A stretch of 64,000 nucleotides of DNA, from contig JAAVCG010000032.1 of assembly GCA_014802435.1 (NCBI GenBank), forward strand, positions 65,839-129,838, written 5' to 3'. The position numbers and the translations under genes were made by a program. Each line of letters opens with the position of its first letter. The first letter of the stretch is position 1. This DNA is from Bacteroides sp. (lineage in GTDB: Bacteria > Bacteroidota > Bacteroidia > Bacteroidales > Muribaculaceae). Shown here in pieces: positions 34,216 through 43,344 of the stretch. The notes under the pieces were generated by a model. That model saw only the letters and a list, made by a program, of their open reading frames with translations. It searched no databases and was not told the origin of the DNA.

Positions 34216-34806
34216 ATGCCACAGAAAATTGAACCGGGTAAGTTCGTAGAAGTTGCCTATGATATTTATGATGTGAAAGCCGACGGCTCTGAAGAAAAAA
34301 TCCATGAAGTTCCCGCCTCTGACCCTGAAAAGTTCATCTTCGGCGTGACGCCTCATATGCTTCCCTCGCTGCTTGACGCCCTGGAAGGAAAGACTGACGG
34401 CGACTGCTTTGACGTCACGATGACTCCTCAGGAAGGATTTGGCGAATATAACGATGACTTCGTGCGCATTGAAGAACTTCCCAAGGAAATCTTTGAAGTT
34501 GACGGCAAGATTGACCCCGAGCAGATTCACCCCGAAGCTAAAATCATGCTCCAGACCAACATGGGTCAGCCCGTTCCCGCCACGGTAATCGAGATTCAGG
34601 ACAAGAGCGTCCGCGTTGCCGTTGACTTTAACCATCCCCTTGCAGGCAAGACCGTTAAGCTCGTGGGTAAAGTAATCAAGGTCCGCGAGGCTACAGCTGA
34701 AGAAATTGCCATTCAGCAGGCTCAGGCCGGCGGATGTGGTTGCAACGGCGGCAGCTGCGGCGAGGGCTGTGACTGCTCCGACAAAGGCTGCAACTGTGAT
34801 AAATAA
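34216..34806 (+). CDS. slyD: FKBP-type peptidyl-prolyl isomerase SlyD-like with a Cys-rich metal-binding tail
   Basis: DFNHPLAGKTVKL motif and C-terminal GGCGCNGGSCGEGCDCSDKGCNCDK. Confidence 0.85.
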   Translation: MPQKIEPGKFVEVAYDIYDVKADGSEEKIHEVPASDPEKFIFGVTPHMLPSLLDALEGKTDGDCFDVTMTPQEGFGEYNDDFVRIEELPKEIFEVDGKIDPEQIHPEAKIMLQTNMGQPVPATVIEIQDKSVRVAVDFNHPLAGKTVKLVGKVIKVREATAEEIAIQQAQAGGCGCNGGSCGEGCDCSDKGCNCDK

Positions 34807-36001
34807 ACTGCCTGAAGAGTTTGTCGCCTGCATTTTGGGCGACTCATCCATACCTGACCCGCAGGGATTACTCGACGAATTGGCGTCGGGCAATCCCTGC
34901 GTTGCCATTCGCCATAACCGCCTGAAAGGCTCCCGGCCCGCTGATGGTGCCGACCTTGTCCCATGGTGCAACCGGGGCGAATATCTGGCCGAGCGTCCGC
35001 AGTTTACTTTTGACCCGCATCTCCATCAGGGCCTTTACTATGTTCAGGATGCCTCATCAATGGCTCTGGCCGCCGTGATTGAATCCCTGGGCCTTGACCG
35101 CCCGGTTCAATATCTTGACTGCTGTGCCGCCCCCGGCGGAAAGACCACTGCGGCGATTGATGCTCTCCCGGCCGGCTCCTTCATCGTGGCCAATGAGGCG
35201 GAACCCGCTCGCGCCGCGGCCCTGGATGAGAATTTAATGCGCTGGGGCTACCCTGATGTGGCCATCACCGTTGGTCCCGCCCAGCGCCTCGGGCGTTTGC
35301 CTGAGGGTTGTTTTGACGTGATAGGGGCCGATGTTCCCTGCTCCGGCGAGGGGATGATGCGCAAGGACCCCAAGGCCATCGAGCAATGGAATCCGGGCCT
35401 CGTGGAGTCATGTGCGCGCCTTCAGCGCGACATTCTCAGCGCCGTCTGGCCTCTGCTTCGCCCGGGAGGATACATGATTTACTCCACCTGCACTTTTGCG
35501 GCGGCTGAAGATGAAAATCAGGTCCGATGGCTGGCCGACGAGTTTGGCGCCGAAGTGATGGAGCTTCCCCCGATGCCGGGAGTGGTCAATGGCCATTTCT
35601 TCCCTCATCTGGTCCGGGGCGAGGGCCTGTTTATGGCTCTCCTGCGCAAACCCGGCGAATCCGTCCGCCCGGCGCGCCGGCTGACTGAAAAGGACCTGGC
35701 CAAGGCGACCAAACTCTTGCGCTACGGCTCTATCGACACCGAGCCGAAGGGGCGTGACGTAATTCCTTCTCATGCTGCGGCTCAGCGTTATGACTTTGAT
35801 GCCTCAAAATGGCCGCAGGCCGAGGTTGACCGCCCCGCCGCCCTGCAGTTTCTGCATCGTGATGCAATTACTCTGCCGGAGGGAACTCCCCGCGGGCTGA
35901 CGCTGCTCACTTATGATGGCCGCCCGTTAGGATGGGTCAATAACCTGGGCTCGCGCGCCAACAATCTCTTGCCGCGCAATCTAAGAATCCTTTCGCGTTA
36001 A
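34796..36001 (+). CDS. RsmB/RsmF-type (NOL1/NOP2/Sun) rRNA cytosine-C5 methyltransferase
   Basis: YVQDASSM, DCCAAPGGKT, DVPCSGEGMMRKDP and YSTCTF motifs. The GTG at 34796 is proposed as the start. The ORF track's upstream extension overlaps slyD. Confidence 0.85.
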   Translation: MINKLPEEFVACILGDSSIPDPQGLLDELASGNPCVAIRHNRLKGSRPADGADLVPWCNRGEYLAERPQFTFDPHLHQGLYYVQDASSMALAAVIESLGLDRPVQYLDCCAAPGGKTTAAIDALPAGSFIVANEAEPARAAALDENLMRWGYPDVAITVGPAQRLGRLPEGCFDVIGADVPCSGEGMMRKDPKAIEQWNPGLVESCARLQRDILSAVWPLLRPGGYMIYSTCTFAAAEDENQVRWLADEFGAEVMELPPMPGVVNGHFFPHLVRGEGLFMALLRKPGESVRPARRLTEKDLAKATKLLRYGSIDTEPKGRDVIPSHAAAQRYDFDASKWPQAEVDRPAALQFLHRDAITLPEGTPRGLTLLTYDGRPLGWVNNLGSRANNLLPRNLRILSR

Positions 36002-38970
36002 TCAGCCGCCTTGGCAACTACTCCAAGCGATTTGCGTCCGTTCAGAGCAATTCTGAGCGGCGCTTTCATTCTGACCAGTCTGATGTTTTCCGTCTCGAAA
36101 TCGGCCGGCAGAGAGTTCAGATAGTCAACGTCATAGTAGCCGGAAGCGCCGTCAATGGTGAAGTAACCCACCCCGATGCTCGTCAGGTTCTGGAAGAAGT
36201 GAGTGCCCTGGCTCGGCTCAATCCGGTAGCCCGGAAGGGAACACTCGGCAATGAGCCGGGCGCCGCTGATGTGAGGCCACTTGACGGGAATCCCTAATGC
36301 GGGGTCTGATGAGCCCCAGCGCCCCGGACCGATGAGGACATAAGGCTCTTCCGCGGCGACGAGTTCACGGTTCAGCTTCTCGATTTCGCGCGCAATCAGC
36401 GGAGTGTTGGCTGAATTGAAGGTCTCCGGTTTGACGTAGACAATGGTGCTTACGTTCTCGATATTTCCGTTGCCCAAGGCCGTTTGCGAGCGCAAAATCA
36501 GCTCTGAGTCGGGGAGCGAGAGCACCGTTTCATCGCCAACTTCTTTCTTGTCGACAATCGGACGAATCTGGAGCCAGTAAATCGTGCCTTTGTTCTGCCC
36601 GTTGACCACTCCGGCAAACTCAATCTCCACGGGGCGGGCCATTTCGCGCTGCCCCGTGCGGAGCATGAAGTCAGCCGCCTGAGCCAAGGGGAAAGAGCCA
36701 TGATTCAGCATATTGGCAAAGGTGACCACCTTGCGTCCCGCTCCGGCGTCCGTGTCGCGGATAATCTGGTCGTTGACGTCGAAGGTGCTGACCATGTATT
36801 TCAGCGACCCGGTTTGGGCCACTTGCTGCACCCTGAGCGAGCGGATGTTGAATCCGTCGTCGGCCGTGAAGTCTGAGGGCGCCGAGGGGGTCATGTCCAG
36901 GGCCATCATTCGGGTCTGGGTATCGCGCAGAGCCAGGTCAAGAGTCGATGTCTGGAGCACTTTCGAGGGGTGGCGCGGGGAGAACCTGAGCGCTGTGCCC
37001 CCTTCGACGATGGTCTTGCCGAGGCCCACGGCAACCTGCACCACTCCATCCTCAGCCTTTTCCTGACCTAAGGGGTAATAATTCAGCGAGCGACCAACTC
37101 CGGAAAATGACGGAAAATAGAGCTCCGAGTGCATCACCCCGACCACTTCCTGAATGATGACGGCCATTTTTTCCTGGTCGATGACATTGGATGTGGCCGT
37201 CATGTAAGCCTTTGAATCAGCATAAAAGACGGAAGCGTAGACCGACTTGATAGCATCTGAGAGCATGCGGAAAGTCCGGTCAGCCTCGTCCGGCCGATTG
37301 GGTATCATATAAGTTGAATAGACTCCGGCAAATGGCTGATAATGACTATCCTCAAGGAGCGATGATGAGCGGATGGCCAGCGGCTTGTCCATCACTTCAA
37401 GCAGGGCGCGCAAGTCATCATTGAGCCGCTCCGGGAGCTTTGCGGCTATGAATGAAGCATGGATTTGCTCGTCAGGCACATCGCTCAGCGCCAGCGGATA
37501 GAGGTCATTTTCAGCCATGAACTCATCAAAGAGGTCAGTGCAGAGAACCACTGTCCTGGGAATAGTGATATTGACCTCCGTCTCACAGATAGCTTCACAT
37601 TGCGGATGCTTCTTGATTATGGAGTCAATGAAGGCGAGGCCGCGCCCTTTGCCCCCCATCGAGCCCTGCCCGATGCGCGCAAAGTTTGAGTAGCGGTCAA
37701 AGCGCTCCTTGCGAAACACGGCAACCACGCCGCGGTTCTTCATGCGCCGGTAGCGCACAATGGCCTCCAGAAAATGGAGCCTCGCCGCCGGAATCTCCTC
37801 TAACGAGCGGGTCCTATGGCTCTTAATTACTTCCGCAATGGGAAACATTGCGCGCGAATAGAGCCAGCGCGAAATGTCGTTACGCAGGCAGTGATAAAAC
37901 AGCGTCTTATCCGGAATCTCCATCATTTTATATTGGAGATCTTTGAGCGAGGTGATGCGCATGATTTCAGCGCCCGTGTCAGGGTTGCGCATAATGAAGT
38001 CGCCAAACCCGAAGTTATCAGTGATTGCCACTCCAAGGTCAAGGGGGAGCTTCTTGGAGTTCTTATCAAGGAAAATCCCGTTGAAGTCGCTTACTTTGGA
38101 GGCATTTTCAGTCTCGGAACTCTCAACGATTATCGGCAGATAGGGGTCCTTCTCCCTCAGCATGCGGGCCAATTCAAGTCCGGCCTGCGGGTCTTTTTCG
38201 CCATTGCGCTTGAAGGAGACATCCGTGATGACTCCGAGCATGTTTTCGCCATAGCGGTCATAGAGCTCACAGGCTTCTTCATAGTCGCGCGCGAGGATAA
38301 TCTTGGGGCGTCCGCGCATGCGGAGCATCTGCTCGTGTTCATTGAGCGCCTCGGTGCTGAATTCGCGGCTCTGTTTGAGCAGGAATTTATAGAGATGGGG
38401 CAGCACCGAGCTATAGAATCTGACGGAGTCCTCAACGAGCATGATGGTCTGAATCCCTACGGTGTTGACGTCATGGTCAGCGTTCATCTTGTCCTCCAGG
38501 AGCTTGATGATGGCCAGCAGGAGGTCAACGTTGCCGAGCCATGAGAAAACGTAGTCCACTGCTGAGAGGTCTTCATTCTCCAGGCGGCGGCTCACTTCCT
38601 TGCTGAATGGCGTCAGCACAACTATCGGAGTTTCAGGCGCGGCGGTCTTGATTTCTCTGAGCCCATTGAAGGTTTCGCTCAGGTCCGGTCCCGGCATTGC
38701 TATGACAAGGTCAAAATGCTTGCTCGCCATGGTTTCGAGCGCCTCCATCGGGTCAGACACTCGGGTTACTCGCGGCGGGGATGACAGATTCAGCGAGACA
38801 TACTCAAAGTAGAGTTGCTCCTCAACTCGGCCGTCTTCCTCCATCATGAAGGCATCATAAGGCGACGCAATCAGCAGGACGTTGAAAATTCGGCGCTGCA
38901 TGAGTTGATTGAACGCCGTGTCTCGCAGATAGAGCTGCGAGCCGCTGGTTGCCGGGACATTCGGGGTCAT
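35998..38970 (-). CDS. Large PEP/pyruvate-binding (PPDK N-terminal-like) domain protein with receiver-like N-terminal modules
   Basis: 990 aa with two CheY-like-looking segments (NVLLIASPYD.., TIMLVEDS..). It has a GQGSMGGKGRGLAF ATP-grasp/PPDK_N-type motif. ATGA overlap with the upstream gene. Confidence 0.7.
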   Translation of the reverse strand: MTPNVPATSGSQLYLRDTAFNQLMQRRIFNVLLIASPYDAFMMEEDGRVEEQLYFEYVSLNLSSPPRVTRVSDPMEALETMASKHFDLVIAMPGPDLSETFNGLREIKTAAPETPIVVLTPFSKEVSRRLENEDLSAVDYVFSWLGNVDLLLAIIKLLEDKMNADHDVNTVGIQTIMLVEDSVRFYSSVLPHLYKFLLKQSREFSTEALNEHEQMLRMRGRPKIILARDYEEACELYDRYGENMLGVITDVSFKRNGEKDPQAGLELARMLREKDPYLPIIVESSETENASKVSDFNGIFLDKNSKKLPLDLGVAITDNFGFGDFIMRNPDTGAEIMRITSLKDLQYKMMEIPDKTLFYHCLRNDISRWLYSRAMFPIAEVIKSHRTRSLEEIPAARLHFLEAIVRYRRMKNRGVVAVFRKERFDRYSNFARIGQGSMGGKGRGLAFIDSIIKKHPQCEAICETEVNITIPRTVVLCTDLFDEFMAENDLYPLALSDVPDEQIHASFIAAKLPERLNDDLRALLEVMDKPLAIRSSSLLEDSHYQPFAGVYSTYMIPNRPDEADRTFRMLSDAIKSVYASVFYADSKAYMTATSNVIDQEKMAVIIQEVVGVMHSELYFPSFSGVGRSLNYYPLGQEKAEDGVVQVAVGLGKTIVEGGTALRFSPRHPSKVLQTSTLDLALRDTQTRMMALDMTPSAPSDFTADDGFNIRSLRVQQVAQTGSLKYMVSTFDVNDQIIRDTDAGAGRKVVTFANMLNHGSFPLAQAADFMLRTGQREMARPVEIEFAGVVNGQNKGTIYWLQIRPIVDKKEVGDETVLSLPDSELILRSQTALGNGNIENVSTIVYVKPETFNSANTPLIAREIEKLNRELVAAEEPYVLIGPGRWGSSDPALGIPVKWPHISGARLIAECSLPGYRIEPSQGTHFFQNLTSIGVGYFTIDGASGYYDVDYLNSLPADFETENIRLVRMKAPLRIALNGRKSLGVVAKAAD

Positions 38971-40451
38971 TTCTGCTCGAGTTGAATGGTTTGCGGTTGC
39001 TGTGAAATTATTCCGTGGAGCAGGGCATCGGTATTGACTACGGGAGATTTTACCAGCTCGGGAATATTGAAGGTGCGGAGGAATTCCTGATAGAAGTCAG
39101 GAGCTTTCTGCGGCAGGCAGAAGGGCGTTGCGGCGCGTCCGGTTTCGGGATCAAATGCCGCAAAATAGGGGCGCGCCCAAAGTCCGTCCATGCGCTTGGA
39201 GGAGAACACGAACCATCGGCCCGAGGAGTCCCAGCTATGGTAACTTTCAATGCTCCCGGAGTTTACCTCGTCGAGCTTGCGCCATTGGCCGGTACGCAGG
39301 TCCATGATGCAAAGGTCGGCCTCCGGATGCCAGATGGAGAAGTTGCCATAATCCGAGCGGGTAAACATCAGCCAGCGGCCGTCGGGCGAGCAGCGCGGAA
39401 AGCTCACCGAGGCGCTGTCGGCCGCGGCCGCATAGAGCACTTTCAAGTCTGAGAAACGGCCTGTCGATGCGTCAAACCCGATTGAGCAGAGGTCATAACG
39501 GACTGAATCCAGCGGAGTGGTGTCGCTGACGCCGTTGGCCCGGCAGAAGAATATCGTCTTGCTGTCAGGCGACCAGTTGGGGAAGGTCTCGATATAGTCT
39601 GAGCCGCAGATTGTCGAGTCGGAGTAGGCCTGATGGGTTTCAACGTCATAGACCATGAGGTCAGCAGCGCGGTCAACCACTTCAATCGGCTTCGAGCCGG
39701 AGGAGTGGAAAACCTGGCCGACGTCGTTGGCCGAGAAGGCGATGAAGCGCCCGTTGGGGCTCCAGCCCGGATAGGTCGCGCCATGGTTTGAACCGTTGAA
39801 TTTGGAGTTGATTTTCTCTACTTTGCCGTTGCGCGAAATCAGGGTGCCTCCCTGAGGACCGCGCACATGAATCATCAGCCCTTGCTCCGGATTTCCGGCT
39901 GAAAAATTATGGCAGTTGATACACTGGCGGTCAAAGTCCTTATTCTCCAGTATCGGCTTCTGGTCATAATTGGTCAGGTTGCGCTCGTAGATTCCAATGG
40001 AGCTCCAGAGTTCATAGCCCGGATAGAGCAGACGATAGCAGAGATATTCGTCAATGGGGTAGGGGCTTACAGGAGAGGCCTGAACCGTCTGGTCAAGCAT
40101 CCAGTGGCCGCCGATGCTGGCCATCACCCGGAAGTAAATGTTCTGTCCCTTGGCGCTTTCCAGGAGCTTTTGCCATTTTTTCAGGGGAATGCTGATTTTG
40201 CCGTCGCGCCCGGCCTTGACTTGAATCACGGGCGACTCGCCTTCGCGACCCAGTTGGACCATATATCCGGCGATATTGTCGGCGGCGTTGCTCTCGAGGG
40301 TAAACGCCGGGGCGGCAATGTTGACCGGAAATGTTGCTCCCCGATATTCGGGAGTCATCTTGATAGGGTCATTCATGATGCCCTCCGGCTCCACAATCTT
40401 GGAGCAGCCACAGAGGGCCATGGCTATAACTATGTAGATCAGTTTTTTCAT
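38967..40451 (-). CDS. Lipoprotein with a single CXXCH haem-c motif and TolB-like (PD40) beta-propeller repeats
   Basis: Lipobox MALCGCS, CINCH motif, and repeated WSPNG/WSPDS/CSPDG PD40 signatures. Confidence 0.7.
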   Translation of the reverse strand: MKKLIYIVIAMALCGCSKIVEPEGIMNDPIKMTPEYRGATFPVNIAAPAFTLESNAADNIAGYMVQLGREGESPVIQVKAGRDGKISIPLKKWQKLLESAKGQNIYFRVMASIGGHWMLDQTVQASPVSPYPIDEYLCYRLLYPGYELWSSIGIYERNLTNYDQKPILENKDFDRQCINCHNFSAGNPEQGLMIHVRGPQGGTLISRNGKVEKINSKFNGSNHGATYPGWSPNGRFIAFSANDVGQVFHSSGSKPIEVVDRAADLMVYDVETHQAYSDSTICGSDYIETFPNWSPDSKTIFFCRANGVSDTTPLDSVRYDLCSIGFDASTGRFSDLKVLYAAAADSASVSFPRCSPDGRWLMFTRSDYGNFSIWHPEADLCIMDLRTGQWRKLDEVNSGSIESYHSWDSSGRWFVFSSKRMDGLWARPYFAAFDPETGRAATPFCLPQKAPDFYQEFLRTFNIPELVKSPVVNTDALLHGIISQQPQTIQLEQK

Positions 40452-40616
40452 AAGTAGGTTTCAATAATTAGTTTATATTAAGATTCGAGACTGATATTCG
40501 CAAGATTTGGACTTAGGAAGAATGAGTTATGGGGTTCCATAATGATTGATGAGTAAGTTCGAAGATTGCAATAGCAGTCCGAAGATTGATATAAACTAAT
40601 TATCGAAACCTACTTA
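40451..40616. repeat. 28-bp inverted repeats (27/28 identical) enclosing 110 bp, directly upstream of the lipoprotein gene
   Basis: 40451-40478 is taagtaggtttcaataattagtttatat. 40589-40616 is atataaactaattatcgaaacctactta. Confidence 0.85.
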
Positions 40617-40625
40617 AGTGGCGGT

Positions 40626-42182
40626 TTAGAATTTAAGTTCACGTCCATGAGGGCTTACGCGCTGAACGTAGTACCAGTAAGTTTGTCTCTGAGCCGGAGT
40701 GAACCGCGCATTTTGTCCCTTGTTGAGTTCAAGAACAAATTCGCGGAATCGCTGTTCGGTTTCGGGCGATATCCTGTAGCCGTCGGCCTGCAGTTGCGCC
40801 TCGCCTATCTGGCTTTGAACCAGGACTAAGCCTTGCTCTACCAGTGGAGGCATATAGCCCTCTTCCGGCATTGGCCAGAACTCTTTGAGGTTGCGGTAAA
40901 ATGCTCCTAAGTTGTTGGCCAGGAGGAAATAGGCCGCGGCATATTCCCGCGCCATTTTGTTCTGAGGGTCTGAGAGCAGAATGTATCGCAGGTCAGCGCC
41001 CAGATTGAGCACATTGTCCCAGCGGGCGGGGTCCTGAGGAGTGTCCGCAAGGGCATTCTTGAGTCCGTCAACTTCGCCGGATGCGAGCTGCCGGTCAAGC
41101 TCGCGCGCGAGCCCGCGATAATATAATGTGTGGCGCAGAGGCGCTATGAATTTCTTCGCCTGCTCCTCTTTGCCTTGAACAATGCAGTAACGGGCAAGGT
41201 TGCTCAGATGGGTTGCCGTTTCGCCCCAGCCAACCAGGGCTTCAAACTCCCAGTGTTGGGCGGCATTGACGGCTCCTAAGTCCTCATAGACGTAGCCGCC
41301 GAATTCCGCACAGTGCCGGTCTGATTCCCAGGGGAAAAACAGAGTCTTCACTCCAAAGGTCTGAGGATAGTCCATCAGGTTAGTCAGCAGCTTCCCCTGA
41401 TGATAGAGGGCCATGGCGCGGAAGTAGCTCATCAGATGGTTTCGTGTGCCCTCGGCCGCATAATCCTGAGTGATCTCGTAGAGTTTATCCCAATCTTTTT
41501 GTTTGAGGGCTCTTTCAGCCTCAATCATCACTCGCTCTGAATGACGCTGCTTGATGCGCTCTTCGCGGCTGAATGTGCGCGTGCGCCCATTTTTGAGCCC
41601 CACTTCTTTCGGGGCGGTGGAGTCCTGATATCCCTTATAGGAGTAAATGCCAAGGGCGGCAAGGCTTATGAGCAGCCATATCCAGGGGCGTTTCCCCTCG
41701 GGAGCAGCGTTCAGGGCCTGATAGCGCCGACGGATGACCGGCACAAAGCGCGATAATATCAATGAAACAATCCAAAGCCCCAGAACGCAGGCAAATATCT
41801 TGACGGCTCGCTCCGGAAAGATATCAACGCTGACCGTTGAGAAAAACATCATCACTGACGGGATGCCGCTGACGCAGATATAGTCACGCAAGCCGGTCAG
41901 CCGGCGCCAGGCGTTGAGGGTCAGGAAATAAACGCCTACTTCCAGTGTCGTCCAGATTATAGCCCCGAGCCAGGTCCAGTAACTGAACTGAACAATAAAC
42001 TCGGTCAGCAGATAAAAAAGGCCATGCTCATGGAGCGTCTCCCGCAGGTAAGGGCCGAAGAACCGGAAGAGATGATGCTGCTCATGGAAGTAAATTACGT
42101 ATTCGTAAGTGGTTAAGTAGGCTATCATCAAGCAGATAGCCATCACCGAGGCAATAATGTATTTTTGATACTTTCTCATCAT
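40626..42182 (-). CDS. Multi-pass membrane protein with a C-terminal soluble helical domain (unknown function)
   Basis: Start MMRKYQKYII at 42182. It has ~7 hydrophobic segments followed by a ~300-aa hydrophilic region. Confidence 0.65.
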   Translation of the reverse strand: MMRKYQKYIIASVMAICLMIAYLTTYEYVIYFHEQHHLFRFFGPYLRETLHEHGLFYLLTEFIVQFSYWTWLGAIIWTTLEVGVYFLTLNAWRRLTGLRDYICVSGIPSVMMFFSTVSVDIFPERAVKIFACVLGLWIVSLILSRFVPVIRRRYQALNAAPEGKRPWIWLLISLAALGIYSYKGYQDSTAPKEVGLKNGRTRTFSREERIKQRHSERVMIEAERALKQKDWDKLYEITQDYAAEGTRNHLMSYFRAMALYHQGKLLTNLMDYPQTFGVKTLFFPWESDRHCAEFGGYVYEDLGAVNAAQHWEFEALVGWGETATHLSNLARYCIVQGKEEQAKKFIAPLRHTLYYRGLARELDRQLASGEVDGLKNALADTPQDPARWDNVLNLGADLRYILLSDPQNKMAREYAAAYFLLANNLGAFYRNLKEFWPMPEEGYMPPLVEQGLVLVQSQIGEAQLQADGYRISPETEQRFREFVLELNKGQNARFTPAQRQTYWYYVQRVSPHGRELKF

Positions 42183-42187
42183 AGATG

Positions 42188-42195
42188 CAAAGTTA
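42188..42195 (-). promoter_or_regulatory. Candidate -7 box (TAACTTTG) 5 nt upstream of the ATG; predicted leaderless transcript
   Basis: The minus strand reads TAACTTTG-catct-ATG. Confidence 0.45.
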
Positions 42196-42282
42196 CGAAA
42201 AAAAATTAAAAAAACTTGCAGAAATATTTGCAAGATTCAAAAATTATTCCGAACTTTGCACCCGTAAAACAACAATCCACCC

Positions 42283-42353
42283 TGCCTTGTGGTGTAATGG
42301 TAGCACGTCGGATTCTGGTTCCGCCTGTGAGGGTTCGAATCCTTCCAAGGCAA
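42283..42353 (+). tRNA. tRNA-Gln (anticodon CTG)
   Basis: Hand-folded. A 7-bp acceptor stem TGCCTTG/CAAGGCA with U1-A72. A D-arm, and an anticodon loop TT-CTG-GT at 42313-42319. A T-arm GAGGG-TTCGAAT-CCTTC. There is one mismatch at the top of the anticodon stem. CCA is not encoded. A near-consensus GAACTTTG box lies at 42251-42258. Confidence 0.85.
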
Positions 42354-42357
42354 CAAA

Positions 42358-42383
42358 AGCTGAGCTTCCCGCTCAGCTTTTTT
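42358..42383 (+). terminator. Rho-independent terminator after tRNA-Gln
   Basis: AGCTGAGC-ttccc-GCTCAGC followed by a 6-nt T-run. Confidence 0.8.
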
Positions 42384-42501
42384 GTTTTATCTCCCCGTTT
42401 TTTTTGATGTTAACATTGTTTAACACGAAGGGGCCGTATTTTTGCCCGCTGATGGCTTAACTTTGCCCCCTGTAACGTTTAACTGTTTATTCATCAAGAT
42501 T

Positions 42502-43221
42502 ATGGCAACTTACATTCTTTTTTGGAATCCCGACATCTCCAGTTATACTAAGGAGCGCTTCCTGGGCGATTTCTCAGCTGGAGATAACGTTGGCAACTGG
42601 AGCTTCTATGAGCATGATGACGTTCGCACCGAGGATGTCTTCTATATGGTGCGATGTGGCGAGGGGAAAACCGGCATTGTCATGCGCGGCGAAATCACTT
42701 CCGCTTGCTATCATGATAGTGACTGGTCGCCTAAAAATCGCCGTAACATCTATTATGCCGACATCTTCCCATACTGTACTATCAATCCATGGTCTGACGC
42801 CCCGATGCTGACCCCCGAAATTCTCACAGAGGCCATTCCTGACTTCAACTGGTTTGGCGGGCACTCCGGGCGGCGCATTTCTGACGAGATGGCCTCCAAA
42901 CTTGACGAGCTCTTTTATGCTTATCTTGATGAGAACCCGTCAATGTTCTGCCGCGGCGATGCTACTTACACATATTCTCTGGAAGAAGAATTGCCGGAGG
43001 AAATTCAGGAGAAGATGCTCGCCCGCAGCGAGGGCTCTTGTGAGGTCTGCGGTTACTCTTACAGGAAGGTCTTCGGCGACGCTGTCAACGATGAATATTT
43101 CCCCCGGATTAAACCCTCAATCCTTCAGTCTCCTGGCCTTAATCGCCTGTTCTATAACATCTGTCTTAACTGCTATCGGGTTCCTGACCGCACTTTGGCA
43201 GCCAAACTCCTCAATAAATAA
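42502..43221 (+). CDS. Hypothetical protein with a C-terminal four-Cys zinc-ribbon/degenerate-HNH-like motif
   Basis: Start MATYILFWNPD at 42502. The C-terminus reads CEVCG...x40...CLNC. Confidence 0.6.
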   Translation: MATYILFWNPDISSYTKERFLGDFSAGDNVGNWSFYEHDDVRTEDVFYMVRCGEGKTGIVMRGEITSACYHDSDWSPKNRRNIYYADIFPYCTINPWSDAPMLTPEILTEAIPDFNWFGGHSGRRISDEMASKLDELFYAYLDENPSMFCRGDATYTYSLEEELPEEIQEKMLARSEGSCEVCGYSYRKVFGDAVNDEYFPRIKPSILQSPGLNRLFYNICLNCYRVPDRTLAAKLLNK

Positions 43222-43246
43222 AAAAACACACACTCTCCTCTCCTCC

Positions 43247-43280
43247 TGCCGGGCTAATCCTAAGCCCGGCACATTTTTTT
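43247..43280 (+). terminator. Rho-independent terminator
   Basis: TGCCGGGCT-aatccta-AGCCCGGCA followed by ca-TTTTTTT. Confidence 0.8.
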
Positions 43281-43316
43281 ATGGGCTGAAAGCGCGGAGA
43301 AGTTAAAAAAAATTCG

Positions 43317-43324
43317 TACCTTTG
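43317..43324 (+). promoter_or_regulatory. Candidate -7 box TACCTTTG for pyrG
   Basis: 20 nt upstream of the GTG start at 43345. Confidence 0.5.
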
Positions 43325-43344
43325 CACTTTCAAAATCATATCAC

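Noticed and set aside
34706-34795. Upstream 30 codons of the RsmF-like ORF as given in the ORF track
   Set aside because: They overlap the slyD Cys-rich tail in another frame. An in-frame GTG at 34796 gives a normal N-terminus (INKLPEEF..).
34150-34971. 273-aa minus-strand ORF covering slyD
   Set aside because: It is antisense to a clear FKBP/SlyD gene and has no motifs.
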